Source: Phoronis australis
Taxonomy: Eukaryota > Animalia > Phoronida
Direction of reading: 5' to 3'
Assembly (NCBI GenBank): GCA_002633005.1
Contig: NMRA01000747.1
Span: 60,657 to 124,656, forward strand
DNA length: 64,000 bases
Positions 1 to 13,864 of the stretch are shown piece by piece. Under the pieces are notes generated by a model. It was given only the letters and a program-made list of their open reading frames with translations, ran no database searches and had not been told where the DNA came from. Within the stretch, counting starts at the first letter, position 1; every line of letters starts with the position of its first letter. The position numbers were made by a program, and so were the translations under genes.

Positions 1-20
1 TTTGAATTATCTTTACATAG

Positions 21-155
21 ACTGTGGACAACTCTCGTCTGCTGATGCGATATTTTGACGAAGACTTGGGCAAACCGCTGCCTGAAAAGGACTATGGGGG
101 TAATTGTCTGATCTATGATCCGGACAACCCCAAAGACCCATTTCATAATCTCTGG
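21..155 (+). CDS. PTDSS2: PTDSS2 coding exon (TVDNS...PFHNLW)
   Basis: Acceptor tttacatag, donor gtaagg; 45 codons including [13 protein letters not shown]. Confidence 0.92.
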
Positions 156-3100
156 GTAAGGTAGTAATGGTTTGTGAGAAGTTGTATGAGGAATGGCGTT
201 GATTTGGTTGGCATTGGCTTTACCTTTTATGGCAAGGCAAAAAGTCATTTGCGCTGGGAATTGTTGGGAAGTACCCACAGGGTTACTAGCTGAGACCCTG
301 GTTCTCTGTTTTCAAAAACGGAGTAGTTTGTATTAGTAAATTGTTTTTGTTTTGTTCTGTAGATTAGAAAATTCCGTTTTACTATTCCAAAGTATTACAT
401 AACAAATCATTGACATTTAGTTATAAATGCATTTCAAATGAATTGATTATCAATGGTGTGTGTTATAAATCTATTTTACCTGTAAGATTCTGTGTGCCAT
501 GTAGATTCTTTAACTATTGGAAATTGGAGTAACCTGCTTCACCACGTCCAATGCAAAGAGATCGGTGATTCAAGTTGTGACTAGAATAGGTCTTAGGTAA
601 CAAGTTGGAAGAATTTTTAATTTTCCATTTTCAAATCAAACTGATTAGAATTCTGGTGTCTACTACTGAAATACATGAATTCCATTCAAAACCTCTCATT
701 CTGTGCAAGAAGTGCAATTCCACGTATGTCAGTTTTCTGTCATTGCGTAAAACCAGGGTCCCTGTTGTTCCTAAAGTGTGTAAACAACTAATTTTGACGA
801 AGCCTTGAGTCGTTTGTGTTAAGTTTTATTGTCTTAATGTTTATCACATGTGAGCTGTAATTAGTTACCAAACGATCTGTGAGGTGTACAGAGAGCTCCG
901 TGTCGCTTCTAAGCTGGATGTAAAACATTACCATAAATCTTTGACTGCAGGATGCACCAGCGTGTTCTTGGGCTCCTATGATTATTTTGTTTATAGATAT
1001 GGGGTGGCATGGTTACACCCTCAGTACACTGTATTTGTGTGACTTGAAGCGATTTTCTGAGGACATAGATAATAACTATAATTACAAAGAATAGGGCTGT
1101 CCCAGATTACACGGCGATAGAACTCTCCTTTTTCTCAGAGATAACAAAGCGCGTGAACTGGTTTTGGAAATCAGGCTGTGTCTCTCATTGATGTCGGGAA
1201 GGTGAAGAATTTCAGATCACGCATCCGTGGGTATTTGTCCAGTTTATCGAACTTTTTCACGTCGGAGTTGCAGCCCACAGCACAGTTGCTGTAATACTTC
1301 GTTGGCATTGGAAGGACGAATAGAGTAATGCAACCAGTAAAAACTTGTAAAGAATTAGACAACAGCAACAAATAACGTGAAACTCTAGGGGCATGAAAAC
1401 GAGGCAGCAAATGTGCCTGACGGATTTTTACGGCATTGTGGGTAAATACAGCGAGATTCGAGTGTTGCTGTGTAATCCGGGACTGCCCTATTATGTTGAC
1501 TTTTTAATAAGTTACTGCATTTAAATACTGTTTTTCTGCAATTTTTGTTGAACAATTGATAAAATACTCTTTTCTATACGCAATGCTTTATTTGTCGAAT
1601 CCTGTAATGTTAACTAACTACTATTGCTGTTTCAGTTATTGGTCAAGCCCTCTTGGAGAAAAATTCACTAACACAATCATGTACTCTTCAACTGGAATTG
1701 TATCAAATTGAATATTAAAGTGGCCATAAACTCACCTTCCATCAAAAAACAGCTTTTGATTTAGGCCACTTACCGTTACGAAGTTGGTCTCAAATTGTTC
1801 CTTTGTCAAAGTAGGTGTGATTTCTCTGGGTTTCGAAATAACTCATCTGAAACTTCACGGAGACCAGACTCTACAAGTTGTCTTGTCATGGCATGTTACA
1901 TAATTGTGTCAAACATGGTTCAGAGCATGAATAAGCTGTCAGTTATTCGCACTGTCAGTTATTCGCACTGTCAGAAATCACTTCTCGTCTAAGTAAGGAG
2001 TGGGTTGAGACAAATTTCATAGCGGAAAGTGACCTAAATCAAAAGTTAGTTTTTTCCACAAGTTGTGAATTGATAAAGCACTTTAAGAGAGGTTGTTGTT
2101 GGGCCGGGTAGTCACTGTAGCAGACGTGCTCGGATGGCGTGACAATTCCATAATATAACACTGAACAATACTCCATTGAATTTGTGATCTTTGTGGAAAG
2201 AATTGGTGTTTTCGATTTGTGTAGCCCATGTGAATGTCTTTGTGGCAGTCAGTGAATTTTTCCCAAGCCCGCATAACCTATGTTTCTGTTTCCTATTTCA
2301 TGTCGACATTGTAACAGGACAAAACGGATGTGTTTGTACCCTCCCATTTGGCTGGTTGGTATGTCAAGGTAACGTAGCCTCTCTTTGAGACACGGCCAAG
2401 CCGTGAAGTGTTCGTAGCAGTTAAGTTGTTTTCTGTAGTTGTTAAGTTGTAGTTGATCTTTGTTTTGATTTACCATTTAGGATAAAATGGATCCGTTTGT
2501 TCCGTGTCATTTCTTTGGTTGGTGGCTGAAGGTAAGCGATGAATGAGAACCATAGATGCCACTGAACCTGTGTCTGTCTGGCATTTCTTGCTCTACCCAC
2601 TCTCATTTATCACATGGAACAGGCCTGGGCTGTGTAAGATGACACAACGTTATTCACTGGATATCTGCACGAACAGTTCTGAACTTAAATTCACACATTC
2701 TGATTTTTTTTTCCAAAGCTCACATGCCTTTATAGCTAGCCATCTCTTGATGTGTAACAGTTGTTTGACTACATAATGCCTGCTTGACCCATGTGTCGAC
2801 TGACTGTTGCCTTTATCGTGTAAATAAACATTCTGCAGCTGAACCTGACAACTAATCCCACTGATGATCAATCGTTTGGTGGTCTCATATCGAATACCCT
2901 CTTCAAAGGACACTTTTATCAATATGCAGTTTTCTTCAAAACCTCAAACCAAAAGCTTTGGCTCTTCGAAAGTGAATTACTGGAAACCTGTTTCGAATAC
3001 CACAAACTTCTCTGTCGCAACCCAGAACAACAAGGCTATAAATTAAATCATCAGTTTGAGGTTGTGCTGACATTTTTCTGAACTTCAAAAAAGGTTTAAG

Positions 3101-6100
3101 CAATGCCAACTGCAGGAGGCGAGTGTTTTGTGAATAGTTGTCAGTTGCTGTACACAGTTGGTAACAATTGGAAATGACCCAAACGTTTTGTCTGCACGTT
3201 TGAATATTTCTTTTAGTCGTGCGATCAATTTTATTTTCCGTGAATTGTGTGAAGGTGTTCATTCTCATGTAGTATCGTGTCACAAGCATATTGCACACTT
3301 GTTTGTTGTCTTGCTGTGATGTGCGCTCTGAGTGGGCTTCTATCACTGCAGTAAAATCTCACTTTCTCATTTTTTTTTCATTCAAGATAAGTTATAACAC
3401 CACATTGAATTATTTACCAGTTTTCAAATTCTTTTGTCTAGATAAAAATTTTGGGCATTCACAACAGTGTTATAACCCCTTGCCAATTAAAAAAGATTTT
3501 ACTGCACTTAAGAGTCAGTGTAGCAGACGAATGGAACTTCAAATTCTCATTTTTGTAAAGCATGAAGTGCACAAAATAAGTTGTTATGTACTGTATCTAC
3601 GATCAAACATATTAGAGAACTTAATCACAACTTCATTAGAAGCTTTTGAAAAATAAAAAGTTGTGTTTTTAGGAAATTTGTGAGATTTCACTGTATTAAC
3701 AAAAGCATGTTTCATGACACTGGTAGTACAGACTAAAACATTCTTTTCTGTTCTCCTTACTCTCTAATTTTCAAAAATGTTTTTTTCTTTTGTTTTAATT
3801 GGTTGGGGTAGTGTCAAAACATTCTTCTTGTCCGGTCTTGTTTGCTTTCTATACAAACTCTTGGAACTTGTTCCCTCGGTCTGACATTAATCTTCATTCC
3901 ATGTGCCTTTCTGTGGCCAGATGGTGATTCAAGTCATGCATCGGTTTTAGAGAATTTTTACTAATTATTACTAAGAATATTGTCATATGCTGCCCAGAAT
4001 GGCTAAAACCTCTACGTAGTTTCCGTACCCTGGTGACACTGTCCGACACAGCATTCGCTACATAGAGTACACGTCAAAAGAATCGGACAAAATCCCCTAT
4101 TCTTAACGGGTTTTGACTTCATTCACATAGTCTGACTCTGACTTCTTACTGTCACCTGTCATGGCAGGGAACTCCTCTCTAGTGTGGTCATTCTTCTTGA
4201 TGGGGAATTCTGTGCATGGCTGTGGTGCATAATTTCAGATCATTTTGCTGGTTGTTTTAGACGTATACTATAACACATCCACATGTAACGTTGCCATCAT
4301 TGCATCAAGCCTAGTCATAGTGATTAGTTAACAGCCAAAGCGTTTTAGCCGCCTGTGAATACCTGAAGCTTTTAGAATATTAGCTTTTAATGGCTGGTGC
4401 TGAGCGAAGCCTTGTAGTGCGGGTTTCTTGAACACCTCGTTGTTGTCGCCTTCGTCACGCTTGTTGTGAAATGCTGAAAGCTATTAGTCTTTAGTGTGCA
4501 TTGTGTCGCAGCATCGATGTCCTAGACGTCTTGACATGCGAATGAAACTGATGAACTTGTGATTTGAAGAGTTTTATATTTCAACAGAAATTTCAGTTAT
4601 TAGAAGGACTTCGGTACGTAAACGTAACGGAAATATGCTCTCAGCCATATCTTTGTCGTTTCTGTTATTAATGGCTGGATGAGTAAGATTTTTGATGAAC
4701 TAAGTTTGTATTTCAATGAGACACGTAATGAAATTATTTACTTCTTGACATGTAGTGAACAGAGTGTACTGGTTTAATGTATGTAAACAATTTGTCTTGA
4801 ATGAAGGGTTTGTGGCAGCACATTATATTCATAACTAGAAACTTTTAGTTTTATGATCCAATCTCAAAATTGAACTCCAACTTTGATATTATCTGTTCTC
4901 CTTAGTCGATGAACTCTAGACAAGTGTCTAAGTTTGATTTTGCATTTGATCGCATATGATTTACATACTTAGATGAGTTCATTATTATGTCATATGTAAA
5001 CCTACATCCATTCAAGATCCAAGTTTGAAGTCGAGACTAGCTCAGACTCAAACACATATCATTTACGTTGTGTGTCCATAATGTGCCCGAGCACAAATTC
5101 AAAACACTTGTCTTGTGTTGACTCTGACTCAGAATTTAATTTCCAGAGTTGAAGACGGGCATCTCTGTGGTATTTTGATTATGTGCTACAGGATGTTAAC
5201 TGGATCAAGTGTTTTGTGTCTGTGCTCTTTTATATGGTTAAGTGTATTGGTTGTCCTATTCAGAGAAGCTCTGGGGTCCTCAGGGATTCATGACCACCAA
5301 ACTTTAGTTGAGACTCGACTTTAAAGTTGACCAATCACAAGTCATGCTTCTAGTACACTTTAATATTTCGTGCAATGCGATTGGTCAATTTTCAACTTTC
5401 GAATAAAGGATGACGTTCACAAGTAGCTTCACAAGAACTTACAGTTCGGTTCAGACTTGCCAGCAACTCTTCTTATTGTACAAATGTATTGGTTTAACAT
5501 GACCCGTCACCTTTGACCCTTGCAGACACTGATCCTGCGTGACTATTGGCTGTGTACCGTGCTGAGTGTCATGTTTGAGTTCATGGAGTACACATTGGAA
5601 CATCAGCTTCCCAACTTCAGCGAGTGTTGGTGGGACCATGTGAGTAGACCTCTGCATAAAAATGCAGGATCCTAGAAAAATGTCCAAATTTGGCTAACTT
5701 TGGAACATCTTATCTCAGAAATGACTGATCTGGTTTCAGGTACTGTGCTTCAGGCGCTGTTCTTCAAAACATCTTTACGAATTCTTTCACCTTGATCAAC
5801 TTTTGCACAAGGGGTTATCAATAAAATACCACTTCTGTTTCTATGATTTTCATGAAAATATATAAAAAATTGCTTAAAATGAAAATCAAACAATAATTTA
5901 AAAATTGCACCAAAATTTTTGAATTGTGATCTTGAACAAATGAAACAACATTTGGTCTTGTTATTGATTCGTTTGTTTCCTATGAAATATACCTTTCTTT
6001 TTTCAAACTTTTAATGAAAAGACAAGGTCACGCATCCCAATCAATGGCCCATTGGTACAAAGGTCAAAGTCAAATTCTACGAACTTTCTACATTGATTTC

Positions 6101-9089
6101 AGAAAATGCATAATTTGACTTAGTTAAATTTTGTTGTTACTTAGACACTTTACTGAATTTTCAGATCGGAGTTATCAATAAGATCCTACACAACCTTGAA
6201 GGAGCATTAAATCTGCCTTCCATCACAAAAAGAACTTCATTTGGATCACTCATAGTTATGAAATTGGTCTCAAATTATTCTTTAGTCAAATTGGAGGCCA
6301 TTCGTGCTCTCCGAAAGAACTGACAGTGTGCTATTGCGCAAGATCTGGCTCTGAGAGTTGGCTTGTCATAGTGCGTCATTTTATGTGGCAAGCATAGTCT
6401 CGATCAAAACCAACCTGTTAGATATTTGCAAACCCAGAAATCATGTCTCATCTGAATAAGTGACAAGTTGGGACCTGTTTTAATGCGACGAGCCACCTAA
6501 ATGAAAAGTTTGCTTCATGGACGGAATGCAGGTTTAAAGTTTCATTTCTTTACTGTTTGAGTACATTGATACACAAATATGCCCACTCTTCTTAACTATA
6601 TTTCGAATTAATGCTTGAGCCAACTGTATTGTACTTACAGACTGAGTTACTGTTTTGGATCTAGAAAAGAGGACATTTTGAATTTCCTTGTAATTTTGCA
6701 TATTCTTCATCATTGGAATTCTCTTTAAATTTTCTCTGCATAGAAATTGAGCATAACGGTAGCTGATATAGTGTGTCCACAGTTTCTCAAACTACATTTG
6801 TGCAGGACTGTGCCATAAGTGCTCAATAACTGTCACTTGTGAGGTACATGAAGTACTAGCAACAAGATGCAGAGTGGGTGCTTACGTACAATACCAACAC
6901 CCATAATGCAACACTCAGAGCCTGCCCAATCTATTTCAGTGATGCCATTTTGCTAATATTTCACTTCTCAGTAACTGCTACTTCATCACTAGAATGACTG
7001 GCAGGTGTCAATTGCAGTTATTTATATTATGCTGGATATGAAATTTTGTTTTTAAGGGAACTTCAATCTCCTCTTGTCTTGGTTTGTACTGTAGAAGTGT
7101 TATAAAATGTCAGTTTCCATCATTTGCATCAAGATGGTCTGCTACTAAAAATGGCAATTTTGGAAGTTATTTTTGATGCGCATCTTATTTCAGTGGATAA
7201 TGGATGCCATCGTGTGCAACGGCCTGGGAATCTACCTGGGAATGTTGACGTTGAGATACCTATCAATGAAGCCCTATCACTGGAGAGGTATATGGAACTG
7301 CCCGTCTTACACGTACGTATTACCACGCCTACACTACAAGTTACCTTAGAAAAACTTGACCTTGTGCATATGGCCATTGTTCAGCCGAGTGTACACACTA
7401 CACCCTACACCTTGCGACAAACATGACACAAAAAGGATTTGACACTCGAATATATCTTACAGAGTAATCATTCAGGTAGTAATTCCCCCGTGTCTTTAGG
7501 TGTGCGTCCCCACTATGACTTGAGCTGGGCAAGTTACTCTAGAACAAGTTACCTTACCTTGATAAGGTGAGGTAAGTTGTCACACGTGTGTTGAGTTGGC
7601 CCAGCACAAGTAGTGTACACCCTATTACTGTATCTAGTGACAACTCGTTGCAGGAGTAATATATTCTGGAGTACCTCATAGTGTAGATAGCGCTTATGCA
7701 TTGGATTTCCGAATTCTAATTATATGAAAGTATCCTGGAATTCTAAATGTAATTTTCCAAGTTCGAAATGTTGTAACTAAAGAACTAATGATGGATATGT
7801 GTAATAAACCATAAGTGTAACTCTGGCCTTTTTATTATAGAACTAACTGGACCCAGCTTTAAAATTGTTTAGCTCCATTCAGGGATTCGCCTGAGATTTG
7901 AAAAGTGGGGGTCCTAATTTGCGAGATTGACTCGCCACGTGTGGGAATTCCATACGAGGTCACGCGGACATCACAGGACAGAGAGGTAGTCCCCAAAAAG
8001 ACATGGCTGTCAGCATTTGCCGATTGTCTGAAAAGTCATTGAACTAAAAACAGTGAATTGTAGATTTCATTAAAATTTATGAATCAGAAATGTTAAAATT
8101 CTTTGTTTATCTGTCATTTTCATGGAGGTTGTCTTAAAACAGATTGTCTTTTTTGTCTTGGCCGTGCTGTTCAATCCATCATTTATTAAAACTAGTCGTC
8201 ATTAGGCGGCCATGATGGCCGCTAGATGAGTCCCTAGCTCCGTTTCAATTTCTTGGAGTACAAGAAAACGTTCCTGAACGACTCGTCATGTACGTTAGAA
8301 AAAAGGAGTAAACCTGGTGCTGATTTAGTCAATGAAGATCCAAGAAATGAAACATATAATTCTCATTTCTTTAGTTTATTTCTTAAGTCGTTAAATCTAG
8401 AACTCGTCAAAATTGAATCAGAGGTGACACCCCCAAAAACTTAATGTGCAACATTTTTAGCTTAGTTGTGCCATGCGACTGAAAAACGCATCCTGAGATT
8501 GACTCGCCATGTGTGGGAATTCCATTTGAGGTCACGCGGACATCACAGGAAAGAGGTAGTCCCCAAAAAGACATGGCTGTCAGCATTTGCCGATTGTCTG
8601 AAAAGTCATTGAACTAAAAACAGTGAATTGTAGATTTCATTAAAATTTATGAATTAAAAAATGTTAAAATTCTTTGTTTATCTGTCATTTTCATGGAGGT
8701 TGTCTTAAAACAGATTGTCAATCTCAATCTAGTTCTGAGCTAATTATAGCAAACAGCAAAGAAAATAGTGTCAGAGGTAAAACGGCATGATCAGTAATTT
8801 TAAGCCTTTTTTCAGTGAAAAGTTGAAACGTGTAGCCGCACAGTTCACTCCCTATACTTGGACTGACTTTGACTGGCGACCGACGGAAAGTCTTAAGCGT
8901 TGGCTGGGCATGCTGGGTGTTATCACCATGGTTTGTAATGATCTTGATATTTCATCCAATGAGGCGCAGTGTTACATCAGAGTCTTACAATGTCTTGTCC
9001 ATCTTTTTGTAGTTCTCAAACATTTGATGTATTTATCAACTGCATTTGAAAAAAATGAAGTTAACATTTGGTTATTATTATTATTATTG

Positions 9090-9154
<65 letters not shown>

Positions 9155-11093
9155 GGGAGGATAAGGACAACAAGCTAATAGTAGATACTTTATGTAAAGT
9201 TTCCTAATCACATGCTGTTCATTGGTTTGTTCTATCTCTTTCATCATATATTAGTGTAGTTTGTAGCTGACCTTCATTGACTCGAACCTCGTCAAAGGCA
9301 CGACTTTCCTATTAGCTTGACAGCTTAATATATTCTTGCTGTACTCTCTATGCAATCTCATATGTTCCACTGTGCTGTTGTGAAGTGCATCACCAATCTT
9401 TGCAACCGCACGCCGTCGTCTGCCTCTGTATCTATCGAACCGCCCAGAGGATCATTATGAAAATTGGCAAATGTGACCCTTCTGACAAGAGAACGATTGA
9501 CATTGATTTTCGTATGCCTCTGGATGGATTTCCATAAAATTTAGTAAACAGTTTTCAATTAAAAAGATGACAACACTTTCTCATTTTCAAGTGAGTTCGA
9601 TGTATTATACACCATCTAGTGGTCATTTTTATGATCTAATAAACACCACTTGTAGCATAGCATGTGCGATGCAGTCGCATTTCAATGCTTTGCATTGCTC
9701 TTATTTCTTATTTTGTATTGTTTCAGTTCCTGTTAGCTGAATTAAATACCTTCTACCTGAAGTTTACGTTGTGGATTCCTCCACCCCACTTCCTCTGCCT
9801 CGGTCGCCTCGTTCTATTCATGTTTTGGGGGGCCGTGGCTATGAGGGAAGTGTTCCAATACATGGACGATCCGTAAGTTAGAGAACAATATATTATCATC
9901 TTATGAAATCATTAGGTTTGTTTTTTCTGCATTGTCAAATGATTTCAAGAATCTTTGTTTTAGGGTTTATTATTAACAAATTTGTCAATTACTTTTGAAA
10001 TTTCTAGACCTGTGGAAGCAGCGTTGTTTGGTTGTTTTTTTTTGGTAATTATGTGTGCATGCATTTATCTAGTTGACATGAAAGGTACACACAACATGCA
10101 TCTCATGAAAAGCTCAAAGTCTATTATTTTGGGGGCAAAATTGGATTTAAGATGTCACTTGGACAGCCATTTTTCAAATAACCATTTGCGAACTCTAGGT
10201 ACACTGTCCCCTGCGGGTATCTTCTTAGATCATAGATCTTGTCAATGTCTATCTTGAAGGTGTGATCCATTTCTTGTTGCAACTCATTGTTCTTGAGACA
10301 TTCATGATAATGTAATTTATTGACTGCTCTTTTATTGAGTGGTTCCTCCATGTAATTTTGTAGGTTTGTCATTTAATGCAACACTATGTTTCTTGATCAC
10401 TTGTCTTCATCAGTTATCGTCATCATCATCATCAAACTCATAATCATCCTTATCGCCATCATCGTTCTTCATTTTGATAAAATTTTACTGTGCAAGACGG
10501 AGTTTCTTCTCAGTTTTGTCACCATCAATCGTAATCATCATCATGATGTAACATAATCATCATTATTCATTTAATTTCCCCAAAAATCTCATTATCGTCG
10601 TTATTGTTATCGTTATTGTAACAACTTTAATACAGTACTTTACTATTAGATTTTGCCATAACATAGGTGTTCACTTTGTTTAATTGTCACCGTTATCGTC
10701 TGTTGTAGCAACTGTAAGAAGTTTGGTCGTCAATGCTGGGTCATCTCCGCTATTATTATTACTGAGTTGCTCATCATCGTGCGTTTTGACTTCGAGACAG
10801 TCACCAAGCCCATCCCTCCGCGTGTTCTTTACTGTTGGATTGTGGGATTCGTGATTCTCACCAGCTGGACCCTGTGGAACTTTTACCTGAAGCGCCACCC
10901 TGCCTGGTTTGTGTTCATCGAGAACACTGCTAGTTCCGTCGCCAGCGCCCTCTCCGGGCTTGTCACCTTGAAAGGGCACGGGTATTCGGAGGACAGCTCG
11001 TCGGATGCAGACCGTGTTGTGAACGGAGGAGCATCGGAAAAAGTGTATCAGACAAGGAGTAAACTACGTAGGAAAAGGGTTGTGGTCTCGTAA
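21..11093 (+). CDS. PTDSS2: Phosphatidylserine synthase 2-like, multi-exon, 5'-partial (upstream exons lie outside the window)
   Basis: Join 21..155, 2481..2531, 5526..5639, 7194..7312, 8816..8930, 9727..9872, 10709..11093. All introns are GT-AG with compatible phases. Spliced protein reads ...[26 protein letters not shown]|[17 protein letters not shown]|TLILRDYW...[14 protein letters not shown]|[14 protein letters not shown]...|...QFTPYTW...|[13 protein letters not shown]..., closely following the PTDSS2 sequence as I know it. Stop TAA ends at 11093. Confidence 0.95.
1093..1489 (-). mobile_element. Non-autonomous DNA transposon with THAP-domain remnant (ISL2EU/Harbinger-like)
   Basis: ~20-bp TIRs agggctgtcccagattacac / gtgtaatccgggactgccct, flanked by AT on both sides. 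Minus-strand peptide [15 protein letters not shown]...LKFFTFP resembles a THAP N-terminus. A homologous solo end lies at ~31932..31990. Confidence 0.7.
1719..2082. mobile_element. MITE flanked by TTAA (Kolobok-like); diverged copy at ~6200..6550
   Basis: TTAA|AG...CT|TTAA ends; subterminal inverted repeat cttttgatttaggccactt / aagtgacctaaatcaaaag; shares ccttccatca...ttggtctcaaatt with the 6200 copy. Confidence 0.55.
2481..2531 (+). CDS. PTDSS2: PTDSS2 coding exon ([17 protein letters not shown])
   Basis: Acceptor catttag, donor gtaagc; phase 0-0. Confidence 0.92.
5526..5639 (+). CDS. PTDSS2: PTDSS2 coding exon (TLILRD...ECWWDH)
   Basis: Acceptor ttgcag, donor gtgagt; PSS-family motif [15 protein letters not shown]. 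Confidence 0.95.
7194..7312 (+). CDS. PTDSS2: PTDSS2 coding exon ([10 protein letters not shown]...WNCPSY)
   Basis: Acceptor atttcag, donor gtacgt; phase 0-2. Confidence 0.92.
7923..8719. repeat. ~225-bp direct repeat pair (7923..8148 and 8495..8719) in a PTDSS2 intron
   Basis: Near-identical gagattgactcgcca...ttaaaacagattgtc copies separated by ~350 bp. Confidence 0.85.
8816..8930 (+). CDS. PTDSS2: PTDSS2 coding exon ([13 protein letters not shown]...VITM)
   Basis: Acceptor ttttcag, donor gtttgt; QFTPxxW motif; phase 2-0. Confidence 0.9.
9072..9154. repeat. (ATT)n microsatellite
   Basis: Seen directly in the sequence. Confidence 0.98.
9727..9872 (+). CDS. PTDSS2: PTDSS2 coding exon ([12 protein letters not shown]...YMDDP)
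   Basis: Acceptor tttcag, donor gtaagt; ELNTFYLK motif. Confidence 0.95.
10709..11093 (+). CDS. PTDSS2: PTDSS2 terminal coding exon
   Basis: Acceptor ttgtag; reads [27 protein letters not shown]... to TAA. Confidence 0.9.
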
Positions 11094-11450
11094 TAGTTGG
11101 CGTTACTTATATTGGCAAGGACGGATTTTGGACGCTGTTTTATTTTCAAGAAATTGTTTGAATGCTGCGTCACATTCAGGAGATAAAGTTGTGCTAATCA
11201 GGATTGATTCGTAACTGTTTGTTGAATTTCATATAAAAATTGATTCCCAAGGACAAAGTTTGTCTTGTAAACTTATATCAAACTTAAAACAAATCAAAAG
11301 TGGACTTCTGTTTCATTTGATATTATAGTATGCAGTTATGGTACCGGTATATGTGTTCTCTTTGTATAAGNNNNNNNNNNNNNNNNNNNNNNNNNNNNNN
11401 NNNNNNNNNNNNNNNNNNNNNNNNNNNNNNNNNNNNNNNNNNNNNNNNNN

Positions 11451-11614
11451 CTGGTCAAGGGCACAAGTGTATGGTACACTGGTCAAGGGCATGAGTGTAT
11501 GGTTCACTGGTCAAGGGCACGAGTGTCTGGTACACTGGTCAAGGGCACGAGTGGGGATTGAGCCAGGGACTTTTAGATTATCAGTCCAGTGCTCTTACCA
11601 CATCACCCATGGCC
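11451..11614 (-). mobile_element. tRNA-derived SINE-like head followed by a 28-bp minisatellite running into a gap
   Basis: Minus strand reads ...tggtaagagcactggactgataatctaaaagtccctggctcaatcccc (A/B-box-like). ctggtcaagggc recurs at 11451, 11479, 11507 and 11535. N gap at 11371..11450. Confidence 0.6.
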
Positions 11615-13864
11615 TGAATGCGCAATCGAATGACTGCTTACCATAACATCGCACCAAAGTTCCTAAATTCTGTTTGGTTGGTAATCTTACACTCAGGTGG
11701 ATTCTAGTCTTTATGGGAATTTAATAACATGATTTAGTCGCAGCAGACGGGTGTAAAACTAGGGAAATGTGTATCAAATACCTCCTAAATAATGAATACT
11801 CCCCAATTTTAATTTTTAGTTACTCTCATGACAACCCAGTATGTAAAGTCAGACTTCTTTTTATAGTTCACTTTATGTACTTAGGAAGTCTTTGTTGTAA
11901 GAATGTTGTTTTTGTGCATAATTCTGTAATTTGGGGGATTTCATCCACAGCACTGATGTTATTTTTCAAATGCATTGTGGGATAGTTGTTGGCTTGTATA
12001 CATTGGGTGACATCTCTGAAAACATGGAGAGGTGTTACGTGATTTATTATTGGAATTTTAAGTGGTGACATTTAACTTAAGCATGATTGGAGGGACGAGT
12101 GCCTTGCAAGTGTTTCGTAAGATTTTCTAAAACACTTTATTCATTCAATGTATTTTGAGGATCAGTTTCAAAATTTTTAGGACCCAAGAGCTGCCCCACA
12201 AGGCATTGTACAGCCTCAGACGAAATCCTCCCAAATTGTCTTTATATATCTTCTTACTCGAGGTCATGTGGTGTTGATTGTTGTTGTGGCAATTTGATTG
12301 TATAGACATGAGATGCAACATCTCTAAGCTCAATAAGAATACTGTCAGGTTGTCAATCTTTTCTTTGTGAGCCAGTTTAGTGTTTAAGTTGATTAGTTTT
12401 TTTTTCATTGACACATCATAGTACTATGTGTACCATGCGTTTTTTGTTAGATTCCTCCCAGGCATGCCAAGAAATCCCGTTTTCGGGGTGGAGTTCAGTA
12501 GTTGCCTCATGGCAAAAAAAATCTTGTCGAAATCACCTGCTCTTTTTGTGAAGTCTTGCTTTTCTAGCCTGGTTATTGAACTCTACCCTGTCAATTGTGG
12601 GGAAAAACAATTACCCACAATCCTTTGGTTTCCCTCAATCTGTTGGAAGGTCCAGTATCAGCAGGGGGATAGTTTTGACTGAGAGAGCATAATAACAATT
12701 TATTGAAACCAGGACTTGTGAACACTCCACTTTTTGATTGATTAGTGGATTGGTTCATCCATTTACCACAAATTAAAGCAAATACTAAACAATAAATATA
12801 ATTATACAACCCTGTAAAAAGACAATGATAAAAACTAAAAGTTAGGAAGACAAATAAGAGCAAGTCACATGAATTTAAAAGTTCAGTCGATGTGATGATG
12901 ACCCCAAAAAGTAGTTGCCTATTTCCGTTGTAGTCCCAAACCAGACTTGGAGAGGTCACACTCTTGCTGCACTTTCATGTGATGTGATTGGCTGGTTTAT
13001 GGAGTTGAAGCTCATTTTAACCTTAGTTCAGTGTAGTCTAATTGTGTACAGTCCAATTGAAACGGAGGCTTGTGGGGTCGAACGCTGTGAGCGTGCGAAC
13101 ATTATATCGATTAGCCATTAGGAAAAACCTGGTCATGATTTTGCAAAGGTGGACTGTCCGGGACGGCGTCCGGTAGACGCAAAAAATCCCAGAACGCAAG
13201 ATCTTGCAAGTCTTCGTAAAGCATGTGGTCAAACTACCTTCTTTTCTCAGTGACTTGCGTCTAGGGGACGCTGCCCTGATACAAGTGTAAGTATTTTAGC
13301 AACTGGATTATTGCCAACCATGACAAATGCTGCTTATATAGTTCTCTTATGTAATTAAAGTAATGAAATGAGGTTTTGGAATCTTTTTGCTGTCATGTGC
13401 CTGAGCTTTCAGTTGTATAGTTGTCTGGGCTACAATAAATGTTTTAAGGAAATGTGCTGTGTTTGATTGAAAATACAAAACACGTTATTTAGATGGATAG
13501 TAAAATATGACACATTGTTTTCTCTCGCCGAAGGGACGCTGGTAGAAGGTATATTTGTTCACAATCTAGTTCGACAAGTTCGCAACGTCGTTTTGGTTCG
13601 CCATCACCCTTTTTTGTGTAGGTCAAAAAGGTTAAAGAAATGAATTCAAAAGGCGATACAGTATTTTGTTCCCTTACACTGGCTACAAACTCACTTCGTT
13701 ATCACTGAATTAGACTACGTACCGTTCTGAAAATGGCCACGCATTGTTGGTTAGTACAGTAGAGATCCTATCTTGGCTTAGTTAAGGAATTGACAATTTG
13801 TCTGTCATTGCTGTTGAGACCAGGCTCTCTATCAGCGCAATGTTTGGTCATTTAATGTGCCCAC

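Noticed and set aside
8787-9247. Poly-Leu and poly-Asn ORFs
   Set aside because: These are translations of an intronic (ATT)n microsatellite; only 8816..8930 is a real exon.
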